Below are positions 28,481-37,735 of a DNA stretch of 64,000 nt, one piece after another. The stretch spans positions 2,176,001 through 2,240,000 of the forward strand of contig OZ219753.1 of the NCBI GenBank assembly GCA_964291315.2, read 5' to 3'. A program made the translations under genes and the position numbers. A model generated the notes under the pieces. It did not search any database, was not told the origin of the DNA, and was given only the letters and a program-made list of their open reading frames with translations. Each line of letters starts with the position of its first letter. The stretch's first letter is position 1. Source of the DNA: Candidatus Poribacteria bacterium (GTDB lineage Bacteria; Poribacteria; WGA-4E; WGA-3G).

Positions 28481-29442
28481 TGGATGGAGAGTTGATTATG
28501 TATCGTATTAGATTGCTTGTTGCCTTGTTCTTGGTCAATTTCGTTATCACTGCCAACAGCACCGCAAGCGATGCTCTTAGCGGCGTTCGGATCGTAGAGG
28601 GGATTGTCCAGCAGCGCCCTCCGAACACGCGACGCACCCTCGGGAAACGATATGTCTGGAATTTCAAGGGAAAATCTTATACCGCACTAATGACAATAGA
28701 TATAGAAAAGTATAATAGCTACGATGGAAAAGAACGTTACGACATTCCGCGCTTGGTAGAAGAGGGGAGAAAGACCATCGGAAATCTCACTCGTGAATTT
28801 CGAAACATGTTCAAACGGCATCGCGCGTGGTCGAAGCGCGATCATATCGACTTTGTTCTCAGCTTCGTCCAATCCCTGCCTTATACCCACGATAACGTGA
28901 CCACAGGTTACGATGAGTTTCGGCGCTATGCGGTTGAAACTTTGATTGAGGGTGGTGGAGATTGTGAAGACACCACTATCTTGGTTGCGGCGATCCTACG
29001 AGGTTTAGGTGAGAAGACGGTACTCATTTTCATGCCAGGGCACATCGCCCTCGGAGTGAGTGGTAATTTCGCGGGTGCCTCTGTTACCTATGATGGTACG
29101 AAGTACTATTACTGTGAAACAACTGGCACCGGCTGGACAGTAGGCGACCTGCCACCATCCTTTCAGACAACTGTGACTAACATTTTCCCGTTAGCTCCCT
29201 CGAAAATAGGAAGCACACCGAGGCCGGGCCGCGTGACAACTCCAGAACCCACGTCTCCGTCGCAACCTTCCTCAATAGAAACTACGATGCCTGAAGCCTC
29301 TTCATCTGAAGTCGAATCCGAAGGCACACAATCAAACGGCAGACTCGTCACCGCGATCGTTATGTTCTTTATCCTCATCGGTTTGGGAATTTCTACTGTA
29401 TATTTCCTGCGCCGCTCTATTAAAGAACAACGTGAATATTAA
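28480..29442 (+). CDS. Transglutaminase-like cysteine peptidase domain protein with signal peptide and C-terminal TM
   Basis: SFVQSLPY, GGDCEDTTIL, GHIALG, YYCETT (Cys-His-Glu); start either 28480 (TAATG overlap with the zorB-like stop) or 28498. Confidence 0.8.
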   Translation: MDGELIMYRIRLLVALFLVNFVITANSTASDALSGVRIVEGIVQQRPPNTRRTLGKRYVWNFKGKSYTALMTIDIEKYNSYDGKERYDIPRLVEEGRKTIGNLTREFRNMFKRHRAWSKRDHIDFVLSFVQSLPYTHDNVTTGYDEFRRYAVETLIEGGGDCEDTTILVAAILRGLGEKTVLIFMPGHIALGVSGNFAGASVTYDGTKYYYCETTGTGWTVGDLPPSFQTTVTNIFPLAPSKIGSTPRPGRVTTPEPTSPSQPSSIETTMPEASSSEVESEGTQSNGRLVTAIVMFFILIGLGISTVYFLRRSIKEQREY

Positions 29443-29608
29443 CAAAACGCCAAACTTCGAAGCATGAAGCCTCGTTTGATTCTGAAGCCCTCGGACAACA
29501 TATCAGCATACTCCGAAATAATTAATGAAAATTCACACAATTTGCAACAAACCTAACAAAATAACGTTCTTTTCTATAGCTATGAAATGATCGGATCTAC
29601 ATACACAC

Positions 29609-30526
29609 ATGGATATTCAGCACTTAAAATATTACCTGCTCATTCTCTGCATCAACGTATTAGCGATAGGCACAAGCTGCACTACCCCCGACACCACGAA
29701 TCCCGTAGCACCCACAGAAGCTGCGGAGATTACCCTTGAAAATTATCATCTAACTGAAAACGAGACTTGGACACCTGAAAAAACATACATCGTCAAGGGC
29801 ACGTTGGAGATTCCACAAGAGGTAACGCTCAACATTCCACCCGGCACAACTGTCAAATTTGGACGAAACGCTCTGCTTACAGTGAGAGGCATTCTGAAAG
29901 TAGGAACCCCGTTAGCACAGGAACAAGTAACCCAACTTGTCCATCTCACATCGGACAACGTCAAACCAACTTCCGGAGATTGGGAGGGCATCCTCTTTGA
30001 CCATACACACGATTTAGAGAGTTTTATCAGAGGCGCAGTCGTAGAATACGCCACGACCGCATTGGATATCAAAACGACTTCACCGAGTGTGTTGGAATGC
30101 ACCCTACGGTTAAATAAAACCGCCATCGCTTTAGACGGTAGCGACGCGAGTATCCAACACAACGATATCCTTGACAATAATACGGGTATTAGTACAATCG
30201 GGCGCCAAACGCGACCGCAAATCCAGAAAAATAACATCACCAAAAATGAGACCGGCATCTTTTGTGAAAATGTTCAGTCTATGATTCAGAACAACAACTT
30301 GAATGGCAATATTTTCGCTCTTCGGCTAAACGTAAAGTTCAACCTAATCGTAGTCAACAATTGGTGGGGGCACGCAGACGCTACGGAAATAGCAGACACT
30401 GTCATAGATGCCGCAGATCCAGAGCTGACAACCAAACAGGTCGGAACTGTTTATTATGAACCTTTCACAGATGAGCGAATTGTGGACGCGGGTTTTCCGT
30501 ATCTGACACTCCTGACCGGCTTATAA
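29609..30526 (+). CDS. Lipoprotein with right-handed parallel beta-helix repeats
   Basis: Lipobox IGTS-C, TLNIPPGTTVKF, GDWEGI, repeated I..N.I..N..GI units, NNWWG. Confidence 0.8.
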   Translation: MDIQHLKYYLLILCINVLAIGTSCTTPDTTNPVAPTEAAEITLENYHLTENETWTPEKTYIVKGTLEIPQEVTLNIPPGTTVKFGRNALLTVRGILKVGTPLAQEQVTQLVHLTSDNVKPTSGDWEGILFDHTHDLESFIRGAVVEYATTALDIKTTSPSVLECTLRLNKTAIALDGSDASIQHNDILDNNTGISTIGRQTRPQIQKNNITKNETGIFCENVQSMIQNNNLNGNIFALRLNVKFNLIVVNNWWGHADATEIADTVIDAADPELTTKQVGTVYYEPFTDERIVDAGFPYLTLLTGL

Positions 30527-30661
30527 AACAGTGTTTTGTCACGTCGCAGTTGAAGTGTAAAATCGCATAACTTAATTTTAACAAGCAGTGGAGCTGACAG
30601 CCCGTAATGCCTTTATGCCGTTGATTAACCGAGAATTGATACCTAAAAGGAGGCACTCCCG

Positions 30662-31867
30662 ATGAAAGGGGCTATTTTGAACATTTCACAAAATTATCAC
30701 GTTCGTGGTGGTTCAGACCGGTACTTTTTCACCCTTGCTGACTTGTTGCAAAAACATGGACACCGGGTAGTGCCGTTCACAGCGGCGAATCCGAACAATG
30801 AGTCATCTGAGTGGGAGCGTTATTTTCCGCGCGGTGCGGATTTCGAACATCCGGGTGCGGGGGATCTTCTGCGATTCTTATATTCACACGATGCCGTTAA
30901 ATCGGTACGACGGTTGTTGAACGACACAGAGATAGCCCTTGCCCATTTCCACATTTATTACGGCAAACTCACTGCCTCAATCTTGGAAGTCCTCAAGAGA
31001 GCGGGTATCCCGCTCATCCAGACATTACATGAGTACAAGTTAACGTGTCCTGTTTACAGCCATCTTTCAAACGATGCTATCTGTGAAGCGTGTGAAGGCA
31101 AACATTTTTGGCGCGCGCTTCCGAGACGTTGCAACCGGGGTTCCCTTGCTCGGACGGCGTTGAGCGTCGCTGAATCCTACGTATCTAAAATGCTGGGTGC
31201 GGTTAAGAAATTTGACCACTTCATTTCGGTCTCTCATTTCCTTCGGAAAAAGGCGATCTCACACGGTATCCCTGCAGATAAAATTTCGACGGTTCACAAT
31301 TTCGTTGATGTCTCAGATATCACCCCTAACTTCTCAAGGGGCGATTATGTCCTCTATTTCGGCCGGGTGCATCGGAGCAAAGGGGTTCTAACGCTAATAG
31401 AGGCGGCTGTTCCGCTGACGGACGTTCCGATCTATATCGTTGGCGACGGTGAAGCCCTCCCGGAAGTGCGACGGCTCGTTGAGCAAAACGGATGCAACCA
31501 TATCCGCCTTCTCGGCTTCAAACAGGGCGATGAACTCCGCGAGTTGATCGCCAACAGTATCTGCACAGTCCTACCCTCAGAGTGGTATGAAAACTGTCCT
31601 ATGTCAGTGTTAGAATCTTATGCCCACGGCAAGCCAGTCATCGGTGCTGATATTGGTGGGATCCCGGAACTCATCGTAGATGGCGTTGATGGCTACCTCG
31701 TTCCGTCCGGCGTAAAAGAGACACTCCAAGAACGTCTCCTCTGGATGTTCGAGCATAAAGGTGGTGCAGCAGAAATGGGACGCGCCGGACGCTACAAAAT
31801 GGAAACGGAGTTTAACGCTGACATTCACTATCAAAGAATTATGAATGTCTACCAACAATTTCTGTAG
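30662..31867 (+). CDS. Glycosyltransferase family 4
   Basis: GGSDRY, YFGRVHRSKG, PSEWYENCPMSVLES, GGIPELI. Confidence 0.92.
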   Translation: MKGAILNISQNYHVRGGSDRYFFTLADLLQKHGHRVVPFTAANPNNESSEWERYFPRGADFEHPGAGDLLRFLYSHDAVKSVRRLLNDTEIALAHFHIYYGKLTASILEVLKRAGIPLIQTLHEYKLTCPVYSHLSNDAICEACEGKHFWRALPRRCNRGSLARTALSVAESYVSKMLGAVKKFDHFISVSHFLRKKAISHGIPADKISTVHNFVDVSDITPNFSRGDYVLYFGRVHRSKGVLTLIEAAVPLTDVPIYIVGDGEALPEVRRLVEQNGCNHIRLLGFKQGDELRELIANSICTVLPSEWYENCPMSVLESYAHGKPVIGADIGGIPELIVDGVDGYLVPSGVKETLQERLLWMFEHKGGAAEMGRAGRYKMETEFNADIHYQRIMNVYQQFL

Positions 31868-31886
31868 GAAAACTGACAGCCATATT

Positions 31887-32882
31887 ATGAAAAAGAAAGC
31901 ATTGGTTACAGGCGGCGCAGGCTTTATGGGCGCACACGTCGTCAACGAACTTCTTCGCCAAGAAGATACAGATGTCGTCGTCCTTGACGATCTGAGCGGT
32001 GGTTTTTGTGAAAACGTCAACACGAATGTATCCTTCGTTGAGGGAAGTATTCTCGACATTTCGCTGATAAATCAACTCTGTGAGGAACATCAATTCGACT
32101 ATATCTATCACCTTGCCGCCTATGCAGCGGAAGGGTTGAGCCACTTTATCAAGCGATTTAACTATCAGAACAATCTCATCGGAAGCGTAAATCTCATCAA
32201 TGCGGCGGTGAACTACGGTGTTAAACGGTTTGTGTTCACTTCCTCTATCGCCGTTTACGGAGCGAACCAGCTCCCGATGCATGAGGGGCTCACGCCGATG
32301 CCTGAAGATCCGTACGGCATTGCCAAGTATGCAGTTGAACAAGAGCTGGCAGTTTCCAAACGCCTTTTCGGTCTCGAATATACTGTATTTCGCCCGCATA
32401 ATGTCTACGGTGAACTTCAGAACATAAGCGACAAGTACCGAAATGTTATTGGCATTTTCATGAACAAAATCATGCGGGGCGAACCACTGCTCATTTTTGG
32501 CGATGGGGAACAGACGCGTGCGTTCACTCACATCGCCGATGTCGCGCCTCACATCGCCCGGTGTGTTGATATAACAGAAGCCTCGGGCGAGATTTTCAAC
32601 GTTGGTTCAGACAAACCTGTCACGGTAAACGAGCTCGCGGATTTTGTGATGACTGCGATGGAAAAGGAAGTACAGGTAAAATATCTTCCAGAGAGAGAAG
32701 AGGTGAAACACGCCTATTGTTCACACGAAAAATTCCACAACGTTTTCGGGACAACCTCTGAAGTTTCACTAACAGAAGGTTTGAGTAGAATGGCGGCGTG
32801 GGCAAAATCTGTCGGCCCCCGGGCCTCGAGTCTATTCGCTGACATCGAGATCCGTAAAAACCTGCCCGAGGGGTGGAAGTAG
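31887..32882 (+). CDS. NAD-dependent epimerase/dehydratase
   Basis: LVTGGAGFMG, HLAAYAAEG, YGIAK, RPHNVYG, FGDGEQTRAF. Confidence 0.92.
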   Translation: MKKKALVTGGAGFMGAHVVNELLRQEDTDVVVLDDLSGGFCENVNTNVSFVEGSILDISLINQLCEEHQFDYIYHLAAYAAEGLSHFIKRFNYQNNLIGSVNLINAAVNYGVKRFVFTSSIAVYGANQLPMHEGLTPMPEDPYGIAKYAVEQELAVSKRLFGLEYTVFRPHNVYGELQNISDKYRNVIGIFMNKIMRGEPLLIFGDGEQTRAFTHIADVAPHIARCVDITEASGEIFNVGSDKPVTVNELADFVMTAMEKEVQVKYLPEREEVKHAYCSHEKFHNVFGTTSEVSLTEGLSRMAAWAKSVGPRASSLFADIEIRKNLPEGWK

Positions 32883-32977
32883 ATTTTGAAGGACTGTTGC
32901 CGTTAAACGGCCAGCAAATTGCTAACAACTAGCTGTGAGTACAATAGATATTGCAGATCGGAACCGATCATTAAACA

Positions 32978-34279
32978 ATGGTCAAAAAACTTCTACAGTA
33001 CAAGACGTTTTGGGTAATGCTGATTACGTTGGTGGGTATGGGACTGAGCCTCCTTGTTCGTGTGATACTGATTCCGAAAAGGTTCGGTTTCAGTAACACT
33101 GCAGACGCGCTCACGACAGCTCTGACGGTTGTCCTGGTTGTTGATACGATTCTCCGAGAAGGGGTGAAATTTAGTCTCGTTCCGTTGTTCATCACGCGTG
33201 AAAAGGAGATGACTCGCGCAGAATATCAACATTTCACAAATAGCCTTCTGTTCTCCGCGCTCGGTATCGGTTTCGGGATCTTCGTCCTAATCGAATTTTC
33301 TGCGCCCTGGATAGCCCGTGTAGCTTTGTCTAAGTCGACTATTGATGTCCAAAGTGTGACGGTTCTATTGCGCCTCTGTGCACCGCTCCTTATTTTCGGG
33401 TGTGGTAGCACGGTCTTGGGGGCATTTCTGAACAGTCGACAACATTTTAAAACGGTCGCTCTCCGCAACGCGCTGCCTGCTGGCAGTGCAGCAGGCATAT
33501 TTGTACTCCTATGGCGCACCGAAAACCTTGAAAACTGGATTGCGATGGCGTACACAGGCGGCTTTGCTGCGTACTTCGTGTGGTTGTGCATCGGAACGGC
33601 CCGAACGGGACATCGGTACGCGCTGACGGGTTTCTCTATAGACACGCTGCGCGCTTTAAAGAGTACAGTCACCTTACCAACACTCGGTTTTGCGATTAGA
33701 CAAATCATCAATCGTCTATTGGTCGAGATATACTTCGTCTCACAGCTGGGAGAGGGGGTTATTACGCTCTATAAAAGCGCTTTCCAGATATTCTCAGCGT
33801 TACAAACATTCATCGGTATCAGTATTGCAACAACAGGCTTACCCGATATGGCGACAGACGAGGCTGCAAATGATAGGCAGAAATTAGGGCGCACGCTCAA
33901 CCGAAATGTACGTACTGCAATCATCATCGGAGTGCCGGTAACAGTAATCTTATTGATATTTCACGAAAAGATCAGCTGGATTTTGTACGGGAGAGGTACA
34001 GCTGTAGGCCAAATCCTCTTTTGGCTGAACACGGGCTTAATATTTTCATGCCTGATACCTGTGTTGAACGCAGGACTCTACGCGCAAAAGGCGTATCGAT
34101 CCGTTTTCGCAAATATGGTAGCGATGGCTCTGCTCAATTTCGTAGTAGCGTATGGGTTGATCAACATATGGCAGCTCTCAGGGGTAGCCCTTGCTGTATC
34201 AATCACAGCATTTCTCGCTGTCGTGAATCTGACATATCTGCTCCGAAAGAGACAGGTTTCTTGGTTTTGGAAGCAATGA
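32978..34279 (+). CDS. MurJ/MviN-like (MOP superfamily) lipid-linked sugar flippase
   Basis: 433 aa polytopic; FGFSNTADAL, SLVPLF, IGISIATTGLP; ATGA overlap with next gene. Confidence 0.75.
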   Translation: MVKKLLQYKTFWVMLITLVGMGLSLLVRVILIPKRFGFSNTADALTTALTVVLVVDTILREGVKFSLVPLFITREKEMTRAEYQHFTNSLLFSALGIGFGIFVLIEFSAPWIARVALSKSTIDVQSVTVLLRLCAPLLIFGCGSTVLGAFLNSRQHFKTVALRNALPAGSAAGIFVLLWRTENLENWIAMAYTGGFAAYFVWLCIGTARTGHRYALTGFSIDTLRALKSTVTLPTLGFAIRQIINRLLVEIYFVSQLGEGVITLYKSAFQIFSALQTFIGISIATTGLPDMATDEAANDRQKLGRTLNRNVRTAIIIGVPVTVILLIFHEKISWILYGRGTAVGQILFWLNTGLIFSCLIPVLNAGLYAQKAYRSVFANMVAMALLNFVVAYGLINIWQLSGVALAVSITAFLAVVNLTYLLRKRQVSWFWKQ

Positions 34280-35235
34280 AAACGAAAATGAAGATAAAAA
34301 ATGTTGCGGATTATCACTATCTGATTGTTGGCGGCACCACGAAGGCGGCAACAACGTCTCTATTTACCTATCTTGCCGACCATCCTGCTATTTGCGCTGC
34401 CACTTACAAGGAGACTCGTTTTTTCCTCAGCATCGACTATCCGCTCCCTTCAAAATATCGCTACAGAGAGGATGAGCGAAGCGCGAACATGGAAGAATAC
34501 GATCAATTATTTTCCAGCCGTGATGAAAAGCAGCTAAGGGTTGAATCAACACCAGATTACCTATATTGCGACAAGGCGCGTGAAAGAATAGCAGCCTCAC
34601 TCCCATATGTAAGGTTAGTTTTCAGTCTTCGTGAACCTATATCGAGATTAATGTCGTGGTATCGCTTTGGAAAGCAAATTGGCAAACTGCCACAAACCCT
34701 AAGCTTCGAGGCTTACGTCGATCTGCTGTTTGCTCCTGGGCAGCACCAAGAACAGTACTTGCAAACACTCCAGCAAGGCTGCTATACTGTCTATTTAAAA
34801 CCTTATTTTAATCTATTCGGTCCGGAGCGGATTCACATTCTGTTTTATGAGGAATTGGCAGCGCAACCGTTGAAGGTTATCACAGATGTGTGCAAGTTCG
34901 CTGGGATAGATACCGATTTTTATAATGACTATGTCTTTAAGGTAACAAACCGTTCCGAAAACATGAAAAACGCCGAGCTACATCGGAAATATAGAGATTT
35001 TCGATTCCGGCTGCGACAGTGGACACACAACAAACCTATTGTGCATAGACCGCTGCGGACAATCAGAAAGACAATTGAACCGCTCTATCTCCGTCTAAAC
35101 ACGCAACCTGCTAAGAAAATTCAGGTATCAGAAGAGACACAACGCCGTTTAACCGACTATTACAAATCTGATGTTTATTCCCTCAGCGAATTAATTGGAA
35201 AGCCCTTACCCTGGTCTTTAAACGACTGTGCCTGA
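34276..35235 (+). CDS. Sulfotransferase (Sulfotransfer_1 type)
   Basis: 5'-PSB GGTTKAATTSL, KETRFF, ESTPDY, 3'-PB LREPISRLMSWY. Confidence 0.88.
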   Translation: MKTKMKIKNVADYHYLIVGGTTKAATTSLFTYLADHPAICAATYKETRFFLSIDYPLPSKYRYREDERSANMEEYDQLFSSRDEKQLRVESTPDYLYCDKARERIAASLPYVRLVFSLREPISRLMSWYRFGKQIGKLPQTLSFEAYVDLLFAPGQHQEQYLQTLQQGCYTVYLKPYFNLFGPERIHILFYEELAAQPLKVITDVCKFAGIDTDFYNDYVFKVTNRSENMKNAELHRKYRDFRFRLRQWTHNKPIVHRPLRTIRKTIEPLYLRLNTQPAKKIQVSEETQRRLTDYYKSDVYSLSELIGKPLPWSLNDCA

Positions 35236-35362
35236 GCAGCTGCACCAGCTGTTCTTACAGTTCTCTGATTCTTAAGAGGCGGTTTGAAACCTAAACTGGA
35301 TCCGTTTCTAATTTTATACCAAGGGTCAGCTGTCAACCTCTATCAGGACTTATTGGAAAGTT

Positions 35363-36283
35363 ATGATAAAAAAAATTCAACTCATGATTGTTGGCGTACA
35401 AAAGTCTGCGACATCCTCGCTACTGCGTTACTTGGCGCAACATCCAGATATCCACACACATGCGCAGTCAGAGATGACCTTTTTTCTTCAAGACAGCGAG
35501 TATACACGAGGATATGAATGGGCTTTCGCAAAGTACTTCGCCACAGAATGTTCTCACGATCAAATTAAAGAGAAACGACTCATCGCTAAAAATGTGATGG
35601 TGATGCATTCAGCGGAAGTTATGCAGCGGATCCATGCCCACAATCCTGATATACATCTCGTTGTCCTCTTACGGGAACCTGTCGCCCGTGCTTATTCCGC
35701 CTATTGGTGGGCTCGGAGGAGAGGCTGGGAAAACATTAAAACTTACGAAGAGGCACTCGCCGCTGAGGCAGCGCGCTTGAACGAAGACAGGTTTAAATGG
35801 CGCCAGTGCGCTTATCAGTACAATAGCACCTACTACCCACACGTCAAAAATCTGATAGATCAATTTGGTCGAGACCGCTTCCACTGCTTATTAACCGACG
35901 ATTTGAAGGAAAACGCCAATAGTATCTGCCAAAACCTCTTTAACCACATCGGTATACGTGCCGACTTTCAACCTTCAATAGACGAACGTCATAACCAAGC
36001 GACACCGCCGCGTTCCGAACGGTTTAATTTTCTCTTTACGCAATTTCTTGCGTCCCACAATCCGCTGAGAAGAGCGATCAGAAAACTTGTACCGGACACC
36101 ACTGCTTATAAACTCAGAAAAGCCGTCCTCGACTGGAATGAGAAACCTCAGAAGAATACGAATTGGACACCACCGCCGATCGATCCACAGACGCGTGAAC
36201 GGCAGGTGGCATACTTCAAACCGTTTAACGAACAGTTAGCTGAATTACTAGACAGAAATCTTTCCGCGTGGTGGAGCGATTAG
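35363..36283 (+). CDS. Sulfotransferase (Sulfotransfer_1 type)
   Basis: GVQKSATSSL, EMTFF, LREPVARAYSAY. Confidence 0.88.
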   Translation: MIKKIQLMIVGVQKSATSSLLRYLAQHPDIHTHAQSEMTFFLQDSEYTRGYEWAFAKYFATECSHDQIKEKRLIAKNVMVMHSAEVMQRIHAHNPDIHLVVLLREPVARAYSAYWWARRRGWENIKTYEEALAAEAARLNEDRFKWRQCAYQYNSTYYPHVKNLIDQFGRDRFHCLLTDDLKENANSICQNLFNHIGIRADFQPSIDERHNQATPPRSERFNFLFTQFLASHNPLRRAIRKLVPDTTAYKLRKAVLDWNEKPQKNTNWTPPPIDPQTRERQVAYFKPFNEQLAELLDRNLSAWWSD

Positions 36284-36373
36284 CTGTCGGTTATCAGCAC
36301 AGTGATCATTGTGGCGGTTGCTAATGTCGGTAAATACTACAACGCTTAACTGAAAACTGACCCCGCATAAAAT

Positions 36374-37735
36374 ATGGTTTACTTTTTGACAGGATATGTT
36401 GCCTTTGAAGAGTTTGTACTGAAGTTTCTACCGGTGAGTGATGCTGTCTACTCCTATTTAAGATTCTTCGGCGAGATACTCATCTATGTAGCTTTCGGGA
36501 AACTCGTTATCCATAAACTCTACAGAGGTATTCCTTTTGTCAAAACAACAATAGACTTACCCATTATTGGTTTTTACAGTGTTGTGCTGCTCTCTATGTT
36601 AGTCAACAGGTCGCCTTTGATAGGGAGTCTTTACAATATCCGTCCATTTGCGCGATATATCATTCTTTTTTATCTAGTCGCGAATTCTAACCTGTCGGAA
36701 AGGCGAATTACGACTTTTTTGCGCATAATTCTCGGTGTCGGCATCTTCCAAATCGCGGCAGGTATTATTCAGTGGGCAGGTGGTCCCGCGGCATTTGATT
36801 TTTTCTTGCCGCGCGAATCCGTACTCAGCATAGGCGGATTTACAAAGGAATATAGATTGCTTGAACTCGGCAGGGAAATTGGAAGCGTCTACGGTACTTT
36901 AGGCGATACGGTGATCTACGGTGTTTTCATGATCCTCGTCCTTGTCGTCTATCTATCACGGATTAGACGATTGGAATATCTGAATCTGCTGGGCGCAGCA
37001 ATCCTATTTTTCTTCATCGCCCGTTCATATTCGCGTGCTGCTACTTTTTCAGCACTCCTTGCGGGTGGTGCATGGTACTACTTCCACCACGGTTGGAGAA
37101 AGACACTTCAGTTAGCATTCGCAACCGTTCTAATCTTTGGAATCCTTCTGGCAATAGCGAACCCATTCAACCTTGAGTACATAAACCCTCGTAAAGTAAA
37201 GGTTGGGCTCATCGGTAACGTCACAGGCGTATTTTCCGGTTCTTACGTCCGGGTGGCGCAGAAACAGCGGCTCGGTGCTTTAATCGGAAATGTTCCCACA
37301 GTCCTTGTGAATAAACCGATCTTAGGCTACGGTGCCGACCAGAATACGACTATCGAAAGCCTGAACTCCAGCCAACGTTCTTTCCTTCTGAAAATACTGA
37401 GTAAGAACGGCTTCAAGGATGTCTACTGGGTCGCGATTCTCTGCTTCTACGGCTTATTGGGTTTAGGTTTTTTCGCTTTAATATTTTACCGGCTTTTTCG
37501 ATCTGCCCTGAACCTTTATAAAAAATCCGTTGGTACATCAGTCACTGTGCCGCGAGTGACTCAGCAGATTGCGATCATCATGCTTTGCCTCGTTACTGTT
37601 ACTGTATTCCTACTTTTCTTTAATCGGACCCTTGAATTTCGAGGATATGGATTCTATTTCTGGCTTTGCGCCGGTCTCATGTTCGCCAGCGATAGATCAC
37701 TCCCAACCTACAGACCGCTGAGGATAACGTTATGA
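36374..37735 (+). CDS. O-antigen ligase/Wzy polymerase family membrane protein
   Basis: 453 aa polytopic; YGTLGD, SYSRAA, PILGYGA, YGLLGL. Confidence 0.75.
   Translation: MVYFLTGYVAFEEFVLKFLPVSDAVYSYLRFFGEILIYVAFGKLVIHKLYRGIPFVKTTIDLPIIGFYSVVLLSMLVNRSPLIGSLYNIRPFARYIILFYLVANSNLSERRITTFLRIILGVGIFQIAAGIIQWAGGPAAFDFFLPRESVLSIGGFTKEYRLLELGREIGSVYGTLGDTVIYGVFMILVLVVYLSRIRRLEYLNLLGAAILFFFIARSYSRAATFSALLAGGAWYYFHHGWRKTLQLAFATVLIFGILLAIANPFNLEYINPRKVKVGLIGNVTGVFSGSYVRVAQKQRLGALIGNVPTVLVNKPILGYGADQNTTIESLNSSQRSFLLKILSKNGFKDVYWVAILCFYGLLGLGFFALIFYRLFRSALNLYKKSVGTSVTVPRVTQQIAIIMLCLVTVTVFLLFFNRTLEFRGYGFYFWLCAGLMFASDRSLPTYRPLRITL

Noticed and set aside
31839-32552. 237-aa minus-strand ORF
   Set aside because: Antisense shadow of the epimerase gene; such shadows are common for this family.
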